NCBI RefSeq assembly: GCF_006345805.1
Contig: NC_043004.1
Location: 53,258,001-53,322,000 of the forward strand
Source of the DNA: Octopus sinensis
Lineage: Eukaryota
Reading direction: 5' to 3'
DNA length: 64,000 nt
The notes under the pieces were generated by a model. The model had not been told where the DNA came from. It saw nothing but the letters and a program-made list of their open reading frames with translations, and ran no database searches. The first letter of the stretch is position 1, and every line of letters starts with the position of its first letter. A program made the translations under genes and the position numbers. Positions 1-13,596 of the stretch are shown here, in pieces.

Positions 1-1246
1 TATGTTATATGTATGCGTACGTGTATATGTATACATTGTATGTATGTATATTGTGTGTAAATGTGGTATATTTATGTATGTGTATGTAAACACTATATAT
101 ATGTAAATATGTATATATGTATATGCATTGTCTATATATATATTATATGTATGTATTGTGTATGTATATTGTATGTATATATTGTGTATGTGTATTATAT
201 ATATGCTGTGTATGTGTATTGTATGTATTTATGTGCTAGGTGCATTTGTGTTATATTTACATTATGTATGTATGTGTGCGTGTGTTGTGTGTGTGGGTGT
301 GTTGTGTGTGTGTGTGTTATATATGTGTGTGTATTATATATAAATACATGTTATATTTGTGTGCTGTGTGTGTATATTATATATGTGTGTGCGTTGTGTA
401 TGTGTGTGTTCTGTATGTGTGTGTTGTGTGTGTGTTTTGTGTGTTTGTATATTATGTGTGTGTGTGTATGTGTGTGACAAACAGACGCCGTCTGACCAGA
501 TGCTACGGGCACACAGACACATCTATTCACACACACGCAGAGAGACACACATACTCACCTCATGATAACCCCAAAATCATTGAGGCTTGAAGGGAAGCCA
601 TAAACAGAACAGAACGGTTACATTTCTCTCAATTCAACATTTCTGCTAAAACGAACAGGTCAGTAAAAACAAACTCTCGCCTTCAATTCATAATATTCTG
701 TACGGACCCTGAGATGTATAATATATTCATTTTAATTTTTTCTGTCAATTTTTCAAATACTCTCACCATACTATTGCACTTCCTTATGTCTTTAACATGT
801 CCTTTTTACCAAATACTGTATATATATACATGTAATGTGACAATTTGCAACAACCAATAATTAACGCAACCAAATTTCCAATAATATATTTGTTTTATTC
901 TTTTCTGCCAATTTTTCCAAATATTCTCATCACACTGTTGAACTTCTTTATGCCCTTAACATATCCCTGTTACCAAACACTATATTTATACATGTAATGT
1001 GACAATTATGTAAAAAACTTCTTTGAATTCATAATATTCAATGTGGCAATTATGTAAAAAAACGTTTTTGAATTCATAATATTCTGTTACTTTTGAGTGA
1101 AACCGGTTAAGAGTGAAACCGGTTAAGTAAATAAACATCTTTTAAATTGCATTTTCAAACCTTCTTTCGTATATAATTCCACTCGTGCGATACCCCTCAA
1201 CTCAACTTTGTTATATATATATATATATATATATATACGTTGATAT

Positions 1247-1292
<46 letters not shown>

Positions 1293-2800
1293 ATGCATAT
1301 ATATGTGTGTATAAATATGTGCATTATTTGCATATGCATTGTGTATATGTATATTGTATGTATGTGTATTGTATATGTATGTGTAAAATTATGTGTACAT
1401 GTGTGTGTATGTGTGCATTGTATATATGTATATTGTAGGTGTGTTATATATGCATGAATACATGTATATACATTGCATGTATATATATGTATGCCTTGTG
1501 TATGTGTATGTTATGTGTGTGTGTAATATATATGTTATATGTATGCGTACGTGTATATGTATACATTGTATGTATGTATATTGTGTGTAATGTGGTATAT
1601 TTATGTATGTGTATGTAACACTATATATATGTAAATATGTATATATGTATATGCATTGTCTATATATATATATATAATATATATATATATGTGTGTGTAT
1701 GTGTGCATTGTATATATGTATATTGTATGTATGTGTATTGTATATGTATGTGTAAAATTATGTGTACATGTGTGTGTATGTGTGCATTGTATATATGTAT
1801 ATGCATTGTCTATATATATATTATATATATATATGTGTGTGCGTTGTGTTGTGTGTGTGGTGTGTTGTGGTGTGTGTGTGTTATATATGTGTGTGTATTA
1901 TATATAAATACATGTTATATTTGTGTGCTGTGTGTGTATATTATATATGTGTGTGCGTTGTGTATGTGTGTGTTCTGTATGTGTGTGTTGTGTGTGTGTT
2001 TTGTGTGTTTGTATATTATGTGTGTGTGTGTATGTGTGTGACAAACAGACGCCGTCTGACCAGATACTACGGGCACACAGACACATCTATTCACATACAC
2101 GCAGAGAGACACACATACTCACCTCATGATAACCCCAAAATCATTGAGGCTTGAAGGGAAGCCATAAACAGAACAGAACGGTTACATTTCTCTCAATTCA
2201 ACATTTCTGCTAAAACGAACAGGTCAGTAAAAACAAACTCTCGCCTTCAATTCATAATATTCTGTACGGACCCTGAGATGTATAATATATTCATTTAAAT
2301 TTTTTCTGTCAATTTTTCAAATATTCTCACCATACTATTGCACTTCCTTATGTCTTTAACATGTCCTTTTTACCAAATACTGTATATATATACATGTAAT
2401 GTGACAATTTGCAACAACCAATAATTAACGCAACCAAATTTCCAATAATATATTTGTTTTATTCTTTTCTGCCAATTTTACCAAATATTCTCATCACACT
2501 GTTGAACTTCTTTATGCCCTTAACATATCCCTGTTACCAAACACTATATTTATACATGTAATGTGACAATTATGTAAAAAAACTTCTTTGAATTCATAAT
2601 ATTCAATGTGGCAATTATGTAAAAAAACGTTTTTGAATTCATAATATTCTGTTACTTTTGAGTGAAACCGGTTAAGAGTGAAACCGGTTAAGTAAATAAA
2701 CATCTTTTAAATTGCATTTTCAAACCTTCTTTCGTATATAATTCCACTCGTGCGATACCCCTCAACTCAACTTTGTTATATATATATATATATATATATA
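1..2800. repeat. Tandem duplication, unit ~1.53-1.56 kb (TA/TG-microsatellite block plus ~735-bp unique core)
   Basis: Sequence at 1 recurs at 1531. Core 476-1210 recurs at 2040-2775 with only a handful of substitutions. Confidence 0.9.
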
Positions 2801-2901
2801 TACGTTGATATATATATATAATAACAATATAATAAATAAATACAATATATGCATATATACATACATATATGTACATACTTACATCTATATGTATATATAC
2901 A

Positions 2902-2962
<61 letters not shown>

Positions 2963-3104
2963 TATATATAAGAAAATAGTAAAGTGTGAAAAGACGACAG
3001 AAGACTTAAATGTTAAACAATATACATATTTGTGTCAAAATGTCTGGAGAATATTGGAAAATTTTTTTTCCTTTCCTTAAAATGACATAATTTAAAAATT
3101 TTTA

Positions 3105-3144
3105 AAGAAATTACCGGTTTCGCGTGTAGCTTTTCAAATTTCTT
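3105..3144 (-). ncRNA. Minimal type I hammerhead ribozyme (U3-A8 variant) in the PLE 3' end
   Basis: AAGAAAU-UUGAAAA-GC UACAC GC-GAAA-CCGGU-A-AUUUCUU: 7-bp stem I, 2-bp stem II, palindromic ACCGGU stem III. Confidence 0.75.
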
Positions 3145-3336
3145 GTGACGTTATGTTTATATTGCATGGAATTATCGTTGTATTTATTTTCAGGAGATTT
3201 CTAAATAAGGGGAGGTAGTGAGTGATTTCTTCCGGTGTAAGGGAGATAATCGCTTAAAATTTTTTTTCCTTTTCCCTTGTTCATTTCTCTGCGTCAGTAT
3301 GTTCGGATGGTTTTTCCCTTTCCCTTGTTAATTTCT

Positions 3337-4719
3337 CTATGTCAGTATGTTCGGATGGTTGAGTCTGGGTTTGTACTTTTCAATGAAAAATGTTTCCTTG
3401 TTCAGTCTCATTTGTGTTGATGATCCGAAAGCACATTGGTAAAATGGGAAGATTAAAAATTGTGGCAGTAGTTGCTTTGCGCATTTCTCAATGTGCTCAC
3501 TAAAATGTATCATTCTATATTCTGGGAATGCAATCTGTTGTCGATGCAGTGTGCATCTACGCCTGAGTGATAGTCCCGTGGAACCCACGTAGTCTTGGTG
3601 GCAGCCCGAGCATTTAATAACATAAATTATGTTTTCAGAGGCACAAGTAAAGTTAGATTTGATCTTGAATTTCTGTCCCTCTTTAAAGAAGAATTCTGAT
3701 CCTTCCAATAGGTTAGGACATGTTGCACAGTTCGATCTACCACATTTTTTTACTTTTGCATCCGTAATTTTAGAAGACAATTTTGCCTTTGTGAGAATAT
3801 TTTTAAGTGATTTAGGCTGTTTGTAGCTTTTAATGATTTGGTGTATGTTTAGAATTTCCTTTAATTTTGGGTTTTTATGAAGTATTGGTAAGTTCTGGGT
3901 GATGATGGTGAAGGCTTCTTTGTTTCTGGGGTTGTATGTAGATATGTAAGGTAGTATTTTCTGGGAAGGTGTGTTGTTGTGTTGAACTTTTCTTAAAGTT
4001 TCTATGTTGATTTCTGTTGCACGTCTGATCCAATCCTCTATGAGTTGAGCTGGGTAATGTCTGTCAATTAGGGTGTTTTTGAGTTCTTGCAGTCTAAAGT
4101 TCCTGGTATTTTGTTCTGACACTATTGTGCATATCCTTCTTGCAAGGTTGAAGGGGATGTTTGTTTTAGTGTGTCTTGGGTGGCATGAATTAAAAAGAAG
4201 GTATTGTTTGGCGTCTGTGGCTTTGTAAAAAATGTCTGTTTCTATTTTAAGGTTAATTTTTTTAATTAGTATATCCAAGAACGGGAGCTCCTTTTGGTTG
4301 TATTCCATTGTGAACTGTATATTTGGGTTTATGCTGTTCAATAGGTTTTTAAATTTTGGGAGTTTATCTATGTTTTCATTCCAGAGAATGAAACAATCGT
4401 CTAGGAATCGTTTCCAATTCTCTTTTATGTATTGAGAGAGGGAGTTTCCAAAGATTGATAGAGATTCCTGGTAAATGATTATTTCCATGTATCCCATTGT
4501 TAAGTTCGCAATGACTGGTGCTGCCCTCGTACCCATAGCAATTCCGGATTTTTGACGGTAAAATGTATTGTCAAACATGAAGTGGTTATTGTGTAGGATG
4601 AATTCAATTGATTTAGTAATGAATTCCTTACTGATCCTTTTTGGTATTTCTTCCGGAAATTGGTCTAACCAGAACTGTATTGCCTCCAGTCCATAATTGT
4701 GAGGTATACTGGTATACAA
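3337..4719 (-). CDS. PLE polyprotein C-terminal part: RT core, thumb, Cys-rich linker and GIY-YIG endonuclease
   Basis: Motifs LYTSIP, YRQKSGIAMGTRAAP, KRFLDDCF, LPFLDI, YLLFNSCHP, linker CGRSNCATC, and IIYVIKCSGC..YVGST..LRRR..LH. Confidence 0.93.
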   Translation of the reverse strand: MYTSIPHNYGLEAIQFWLDQFPEEIPKRISKEFITKSIEFILHNNHFMFDNTFYRQKSGIAMGTRAAPVIANLTMGYMEIIIYQESLSIFGNSLSQYIKENWKRFLDDCFILWNENIDKLPKFKNLLNSINPNIQFTMEYNQKELPFLDILIKKINLKIETDIFYKATDAKQYLLFNSCHPRHTKTNIPFNLARRICTIVSEQNTRNFRLQELKNTLIDRHYPAQLIEDWIRRATEINIETLRKVQHNNTPSQKILPYISTYNPRNKEAFTIITQNLPILHKNPKLKEILNIHQIIKSYKQPKSLKNILTKAKLSSKITDAKVKKCGRSNCATCPNLLEGSEFFFKEGQKFKIKSNFTCASENIIYVIKCSGCHQDYVGSTGLSLRRRCTLHRQQIAFPEYRMIHFSEHIEKCAKQLLPQFLIFPFYQCAFGSSTQMRLNKETFFIEKYKPRLNHPNILT

Positions 4720-4729
4720 GTTGACTACA

Positions 4730-5602
4730 TCAAATGAAACCAGGATTGTTTCTTCCTTGGTTTTTTTTTGGAAGGTGGTTTAACATATCTAAGTCATCTC
4801 TGATATGACTATCGATATGTTTAAGGAAGGGTTTCAGGAGGATGTCCATAAGTAGACTTAGTCTGTGTGTTTCACAGGTTGGACCAGCTACAATGGGTCG
4901 TAGTTTTAGGTCCCCCGGATTAGGTGTGTGTAGGTATGTCTTTGGTGATTTTTTAATGGTTTCATTTATAATTTGACTTTTATGAATTTTTGGCAGACCA
5001 TAGAAAAGGCTAGGTTTGCATTTAAAGTTTGTTAGGAAATCAATCTCTTTGGTTGTCAGTTCCTTTTCATGGGTTTTAATTAGTGAAGATAGAGTTTTCA
5101 TTATTTTTTGTGGGGTGTAGTTGGTAATTTTTTCATAATGTAGGTCTTCATCAAGCAAGGAAATTACAAGATTTCTGTAGTATGATGTATCCATTATTAC
5201 AACTGCATTTCCCTTGTCCGCTTCCTTAATGGTTATATCTTCATCATTTTGGAGTTCTATCAGTTCTTTCCATTGTGTAGTGTTAAAATTTGGGTTAGCT
5301 TTCTGTTTATGTATAGTATGGTAGGGGAAGTTCTCAATGTGGTTACAGAATTCGTCAAGATCTTTATTTCTTCCTCTGTGTGGGATGTGTTCACTTTTGT
5401 TCTTGACTAGTGATTCATCTTCAGTATTGAAACTGTTTGATGCTTCTGCTAGTCTTAATTTTCTGCAAAATTCTGTTATATTATCCTTGCGTTCATTTAG
5501 GTTTGCTCTGCGTGGAGTTGGTGTAAATTTGAGCCCTTTTGCGAGGATGTCAATTTTTATGTTAGAAAGAGGTTTGGTTGAAAGATTGATTATCTTCGGT
5601 TT
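4730..5602 (-). CDS. PLE polyprotein N-terminal part; joins the downstream part via one frameshift in the T9 run at 4761-4769
   Basis: Hand translation shows the frame is open from 5602, upstream of the Met at 5194: LAKGLKFTPTP, KEADKGNAVVIMD, FYGLPKIHK, LRPIVAG. Removing one base gives LPKKTKEETILVSFDVVNLYTSIPH. Confidence 0.88.
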   Translation of the reverse strand, partial: KPKIINLSTKPLSNIKIDILAKGLKFTPTPRRANLNERKDNITEFCRKLRLAEASNSFNTEDESLVKNKSEHIPHRGRNKDLDEFCNHIENFPYHTIHKQKANPNFNTTQWKELIELQNDEDITIKEADKGNAVVIMDTSYYRNLVISLLDEDLHYEKITNYTPQKIMKTLSSLIKTHEKELTTKEIDFLTNFKCKPSLFYGLPKIHKSQIINETIKKSPKTYLHTPNPGDLKLRPIVAGPTCETHRLSLLMDILLKPFLKHIDSHIRDDLDMLNHLPKKNQGRNNPGFI

Positions 5603-5707
5603 TTATCTCCCTTACACCGGAAGAAATCACTCACTACCTCCCCTTATTTAGAAATCTCCTGAAAATAAATACAACGATAACTCCATGCAATATAAACATA
5701 ACGTCAC

Positions 5708-5747
5708 AAGAAATTTGAAAAGCTACACGCGAAACCGGTAATTTCTT
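5708..5747 (+). ncRNA. Identical hammerhead copy in the inverted PLE arm
   Basis: Exact reverse complement of 3105-3144. Confidence 0.75.
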
Positions 5748-5974
5748 TAAAAATTTTAAAATTATGTCATTTTAAGGAAAGGAAAAAAATTTTTCCAATA
5801 TTCTCCAGACATTTTGACACAAATATATATATTTTTTAATATTTAAGCCTTCTGTCGTTTTTTCACACTTTACTATTTTCTTATATATTCACCCACGTGC
5901 TTTACCAAACAAACTTTCTTATCTATATATATATATATATATTATATATATATATATATATAATATATATTATA

Positions 5975-7053
<1,079 letters not shown>

Positions 7054-7449
7054 TATATATAAGCGGGGATATCACCAGATAATTCAGTCCACAAGCAATA
7101 AGCCAAATCGCTTTCTTCAATAGACTTGGTACAGAAGAATCACCAGAAGCATATACTTATATGGTATATATTAAAATACATTTGCTACATTAAAAATATG
7201 TAAATATATAAATGCATTAGAACTATATAGGGTAATTAATACATTTAAAAACATACACATGTGAATATTGACACATAAATATATGAAAATATAATGAAGA
7301 TGTATAAATATATTTAAATTAAAAAGGGGAACGACTCAGAATGAAAATTAAATTAATGTAATGAAATGAAAATTAAATTAATGAAATGAAATAAAAATTA
7401 AAAATCTAGGAGGAATGTAAAGTATAAAATATTAAGTGTCCTACGGTCG

Positions 7450-7900
7450 TTTCTGAGGGTTAGTTGCCCGTAAAAATAAACTGTATATATACCCATTATT
7501 GAGCAACGCTTCCTTCTCAGAGTTCAATACTGGCTGTGCAAGTTCCCATTTAGTAGTAGTTGGAATTATACAAATAGTTTAAGCAATTTTATATATCAAG
7601 GAATCATAGCAGTAGAAGGCGGAGGTGGAGAAAGGAGGGAATATTTTCTTAATGAATTAAATTAGTGATCTTAAAAAGTGATGAGTGTTAGTTTAACTAA
7701 GTACGTTGGTTCAATTCTAACCTGAATCACGAAAGTGGGAGTTTATCTTGTATTCTTTCTTAAAAATATATATTACATTGATGTAATATTTAAGGAACTT
7801 CATCAGAATATAAATCTTATGCAATTTCATCATCTGCTTGTAATACTAAATATTTATTCATCTTTTGAGTATATAAAGCTGTTGAGTTTTCTAGGATAAG
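7450..7900 (-). pseudogene. Possible highly decayed PLE RT relic
   Basis: Interrupted translations ERIQDKLPLS (cf. E.E...KLPFLD) and EALLNNGY (cf. L..NGYP). Weak. Confidence 0.3.
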
Positions 7901-8599
7901 ATCTTTTCAAAGACTCGTTGTTGCCTTAAAATACTAGTAGTTAGCAGAAGGATGCAGAGCTTTTGAAACTTTTTGGCTTCAGATCGAGGCATAACATTTA
8001 CTATTTTATAAAATGAAATAAAAACGCAACTTGCAGTAGAATAAGAAAGAAAATTGTTAAAACAACGGGAGAGTAAGCTTATAAAACGGACATATATATT
8101 AGAGTGTATATCTAACAGAAGATGCACGGTAATGATATATTCATTGATATGTATGTGAACCTCAGAAAGGGAAGTGATTCTCATTTGAAGATTTCCAAAT
8201 GAAGTAATCCGATATATATTTCCAAATGATAGTTGAATTAATTTTACAGATTTCTGTATTTTATATAACTATATATATCCTTGATGAGATTTATGGTTAT
8301 AAAAACGTAAAATAGGACTAGTTTCTTAGAAATATATCTACTAAAATCAAATTAGTGGAAACATTCTTAGGAACAAAGCTTATGTGATTTGAACAGGACA
8401 ATAATGCACACGCATGCACGAAGAAATTCCAGAGTTGAAAAAATTCCAGACAAAACACTTGCATTCAATAGCACTTTCATCGTAAACATCTTCATCAACT
8501 AGGATAAATATCTACAGCTCGTCAATTGGTCCTTAATCATTTGATTACTTCTCGGTTTTTATCAAAGAATTTATCTTTACTTGACATTGAAGAGTTAAT

Positions 8600-9040
8600 A
8601 TATATTTCCTGGGCAGATGATCGCAAGTGAAGAAAAGTGGGTTCCCTAAAATCGGATCCAACCAAATGGACATTGTAAAGTACCCAAAAGTAAAAGAGAA
8701 TCTGTCCTCAAACTAAGACTACACTCAAAACATTTATGTTCCTTTTTGGTGGATATGAGGCGTGTCGCCTAATGTGAAATGCTCAACTAAAACAAAACAC
8801 TTAAAGCAGAGAAATATTGTCATCTCCAAGCAATGCACAAATGCTCACAGAAAAAGCTTCCATCATTAGTCAGTTCTAAAGAGTTCTTGCTCTTATTTGA
8901 CAATGCAAGGTAAATTATTGCCCAAGTTGTTCAGGAAAAGATTATAGCACTAGATATGGAAGCTTTGTCTCATAATTTTTACTCTCCATGCCTTGCTTCT
9001 GGTCACTATTCAGGTAACTGCGACATTATTCAAAGAAAAA
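8600..9040 (+). pseudogene. Decayed mariner transposase fragment (DDD domain)
   Basis: Broken translations IASEEKWV, FWWDMR and LLLFDNAR...EALSHNFYSPCLASGHY resemble mariner TGDEKW, VWWD and HDNAR...HPPYSPDLAPSDY. Confidence 0.65.
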
Positions 9041-9912
9041 TATTTTCTTAATGGTGAAGAAGTTGAAATGTTTTTTTTGATATTCTACGGATATTTGCGG
9101 ATCTCCGAATGTATATCCTACTGTAGAATTAAGTAACTATGAAGAAGCTAAGTATGATATTGAATATTTTAGATTTACGCTTGATGGATTAACAATTTGC
9201 CAAATAGATGTGAACATGTTATCGATAATGTGAGAAAATAATATCGCGATGAAATATATACATTAACACAAGAGAAACATTTGTTTCATACATAGATATG
9301 TTCGACATTTAGTTTATATTGTAGAACCTTGTCAAAAAAAGTATAATACATACAGTTTTATGAATCAGATATTTTAGATATACTTTATGTGTAGGGTACA
9401 TTTCTTAGGTCTTCATTTGAGATGAAGTGTAGAAATATCTTTCGAATTCTCCATTTATAATTAGATAAAATATTACATTTCTAATGTATTTAGATATTTC
9501 TTTTACAACTTCGTAGGTGCCGTTTTTTTCTTTATGCTTCTTTTCTTTCAATTAAATGAAGAAATAAATGATATTTTCTCAAAATAATCATATCCTTTGG
9601 CTTCGCATATTCTCTCTCTCTCTCTCTCCCTCTCTCTCTGTCTCTCTCTCTCTCTTAAATGATTTAATTTTTTGCATTTAAACTTTTTTACTTCATTAGA
9701 ATTTGAATTAATAAATCTTATAAGTTTTTGCTTCTATCATATATTTTATTTTATTTCAGTATTACATATATAGAATACTCCAAATTCCTTTTTTTAAATT
9801 TGTAGGTTTTACAATTTATTATAAATTCCTTTTTATACAAAAATTCTAAAGAAATAGCTTCCTATGAAAACTTACATATACAGAGACATACACAGACGCA
9901 CTTTGCATACAT

Positions 9913-9958
<46 letters not shown>

Positions 9959-10655
9959 ATCTTTAACACAAGTAAATTTTATTCTTAGAAAGGTCAAACA
10001 TTTTTATCGACTTTTAGCTAATATAGTTTAAGATTATATTTGAAATTCTTTTTTCTTTTGCTATACATATTTAAGTAAGTTACTAATGAACAGTTTTCTT
10101 CAAAATTTAGAATCACAGAAACTATATTTTTTATGCTCGACCAAGCATTAGAATATAACTAATAGAATCATAAGTGTATCGAACAGCCCCACATGCAAGC
10201 GAACGTTCAGCACAATTCGATGATGTCAGATTTCCAAAATATTCGTTCATTTTTCCTTCTCTTTCCTCCTATATATTCAATACAAACCATTCCAAACATT
10301 ACCAATTCTTCACGTCATTTACCCTTTTGGTAAATGTTCTACTACAGCCACCTCAAGCAATTCGAAACGTATGTTCTCTCAAGTCAGTTTCAGATGCCGG
10401 CTAACTGTAACGGTCCATAAGTAGTACTCGAGTTAACTATGAGTTGTCAGGACCTGGTAACGTCTCTCTTTCGGTAATTCCGAGTGTCCCTTTCACGGGT
10501 GGATACTTTTCGTTGAGTAATTGATAATATTAACAATGATAAGTGCAGTCGCTGCAATTGAAACACGTGTAGTTCCAGAAAATATGCTGTAAATAACTGT
10601 TAGATGAAATTATGGATGTGAACAATTTACATTCTCATCATTATTAATTAATGTT

Positions 10656-10711
<56 letters not shown>

Positions 10712-10720
10712 GTATATATA

Positions 10721-10764
<44 letters not shown>

Positions 10765-11007
10765 ATATACAGAGAGAGAGAGAGAATGAGAGAGAGAGAA
10801 AGAGAGACAGGGACAGAGAGATAATTCCTTAAGAAGAATGTTGTTGATAATGACTCGGAAATGTCGGTCAGCTAAGACGCTGCCGATTCTTTGAAGTTAC
10901 TATCACTATTGTTCGTGTTTAAGAATAATGGATTTGTACTCTACAAACAGTGTAACCCGTCAAATTAATGTAAAATTGTCTTTATTATAATTAAAGATAC
11001 AACAAAC

Positions 11008-11047
<40 letters not shown>

Positions 11048-11587
11048 TCTTCGTTCGTCCCCTTGTGTGGTTAATTTCCTGTATAGTATTCCTGTTATTT
11101 TCTCGTTTTGTAACTAATTGTACTTTTTGTACATGTATTTTTATTTTTGCAGTTTTATTGTTTGTCTATGCCAGAAAAAAGGCTTTTTCGTTCGTCCTCT
11201 TGTGTTTGTTTTTGTACATGTATTTTAATTTTGCAGTCTTATTGTTACGTCTTGTTGTGTTCGTACTCATTGTGCCCCGCTGCTTGAATTTTATTTTAAT
11301 TCTCTCGCAGGAAGGCCTATTGGATTAGTGTTCTGTATGCCTTCGAAACATGCCTGACTCCTCTAGCGACAGCTGATGACGGGGGTTTTGTCCTTGTGTA
11401 ACCTGTCCTGTATTTGGTTTTCGTTTTCCGTTTTCTTGTTTTTTGTTTTTTGGCTTTTTCTGTTTCTACGTCTTATTGTGATGTCCTGTACTTCCGTATA
11501 ATTATTTATATATGCATGTATATATACATGTAGATGTAGGTACGTACATATATGTTTGTATGTATGCATATATTTTTATTTATCTCC

Positions 11588-11626
<39 letters not shown>

Positions 11627-12022
11627 GTATGTATAAAATTAACATCTTAGCGTAGCAAGAATATTTATCGAAAAATTACTTAGTTACCAATGGTCTAGCG
11701 AGAAGGAAAAAAATTAGTCAATAGACTATATATTATTCAGAGAAGAATACAGTGTACATTCAAACAAAAAGAGATACCCAAAGAATAGGATATCTGACTC
11801 ACTAGAAAGAGCAGTTAAACTCCAAGCCACTAATTGAAAAATAACTGATTGAAAAATAAAAACTTGGTAAAAGTTTTTATTTTTCAATCACTTTCGGAAT
11901 TACGACAATTAGTGGCTGGGAGTTTAACTGCTCTTTCTAATGAGTCAGATATCCTATTCTTTGGGTATCTCTTTTGTGTTTGAATGTACACTGTATTCTT
12001 CTCTCTCTCTCTGTATATATAT

Positions 12023-12054
<32 letters not shown>

Positions 12055-12055
12055 G

Positions 12056-12101
<46 letters not shown>

Positions 12102-12850
12102 GGAGGGAGAGAAATATACATACATATATACATATACATATATATCAATGCACGCACACGTGTATACGTTACATACACATATATAAAATCTGGGTAATAA
12201 ATCTATAATGTGCGTTCTAAAGCTTCCTACACGGTATCGGCTCTCAAACATTATTCTACAGTAGGATATTCACTCGGAAATACGTAGATATCCGTAGAAT
12301 ATCGACAAGAAAATCTTAATACAAGAAGACGGGTTGAACAGGTTTCATTACAATCACTACCATTGTTTCAGTCCATTTGTTAACTTAGGTATGTTATGTA
12401 TATTATACGTGATTTTGTATGAATCTGATTCAACAATTGCTGTACTCATGCACATTCTCTGGTAATCATAGTGGATGCACTGCTATTTCATCTTCAGTTT
12501 CTCCACGTGGTATGCTCTTACCGAAATACTATTCTTAGTAAACGTCACACAAACAGGCAGAAGGAAACAGAAAGTGTTATAAAGAGAAACAAAACACCAC
12601 AAATAAATGAAGGGAAATAAAACATAAAGAATAAAATATCCTCATATCCACTGATATTTCACCTGGAAATTTAGGAGAATTAAAAAAGAGCATCTCTCGA
12701 TAAGAATGCCATAAAAGGATTACTTGAATATTTCTCCGTCATCTGTGTCTGTTATCGCTCAACTTCAAAGTAAACTAGTGGCATATTCTTTATTCCTTAT
12801 CTCAGCTGGATAAGAAAACCTATTAACTTACAAGTTTAATTTTAGGCATA

Positions 12851-13235
12851 TGGAAGCACTCCGTCGGTTACGACGACGAGGGTTCCGGTTGATCAGAATC
12901 AACGGAACAGCCTGCTCGTGAAATTAACGTGTAAGTGGCTGAGCACTCCACAGACACGTGTACCCTTAACGTAGTTCTCGGGGATATTCAGCGTGACACA
13001 GAGAGTGACAAGGCCGGCCCTTTGAAATACAGGTACAACAGAAACAGGAAGTAAGAGTGAGAGAAAGTTGTAGTGAAAGAGTACTGCAGGGATTACCACC
13101 ATCCCCTGCCGGAGCATCGTGGAGCTTTAGGTGTTTTCGCTCAATAAACACTTACAACGCCCGGTCTGGGAATCAAAACCGCGATCCTATGACCGCGAGT
13201 CCGCTGCCCTAACCACTGGGCCATTGCGCCTCCAC
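12851..13235 (-). mobile_element. tRNA-derived SINE, family S2 (tail type a), with 14-bp TSD
   Basis: A box TGGCCCAGTGG and B box GGTTTTGATTCC on minus. TAATTTTAGG(C/T)ATA at 12837-12850 and 13236-13249. Confidence 0.9.
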
Positions 13236-13596
13236 TAATTTTAGGTATATAGTATGACTACCACACATTTTACCTTGTTGCTTCTCAAGTCATAAAGAGA
13301 AGCTATTAAAATAACACATTTACTTGCACAGACACGTATCTATTCATACACATACACTGATTCAATACCAATGTACGCAAAATGTGTATATGCATACATA
13401 TATTTATCCGAATATGCACACCCATTTTACGTTCTCGTGGATGTGTACCCATCCATACTAATGATGAGACACAATCATGAACATATATTAAAACTTTTTT
13501 CCTATTTGTATCCATTCGTTTACAATTCCGAGTTTATATTTAAGAAAGAAATTCCTTTTATAGGGCAAACTTATGATGTGTTCGTAAAGAAGTAAA

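Larger units (their letters stand above)
2963..5890 (-). mobile_element. Penelope-like retroelement (Neptune-type), 5'-truncated, with an inverted copy of its 3' end at the 5' side
   Basis: RT + GIY-YIG ORF on minus. 2963-3249 is the reverse complement of 5603-5888. Flanked by (TA)n. Confidence 0.93.
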
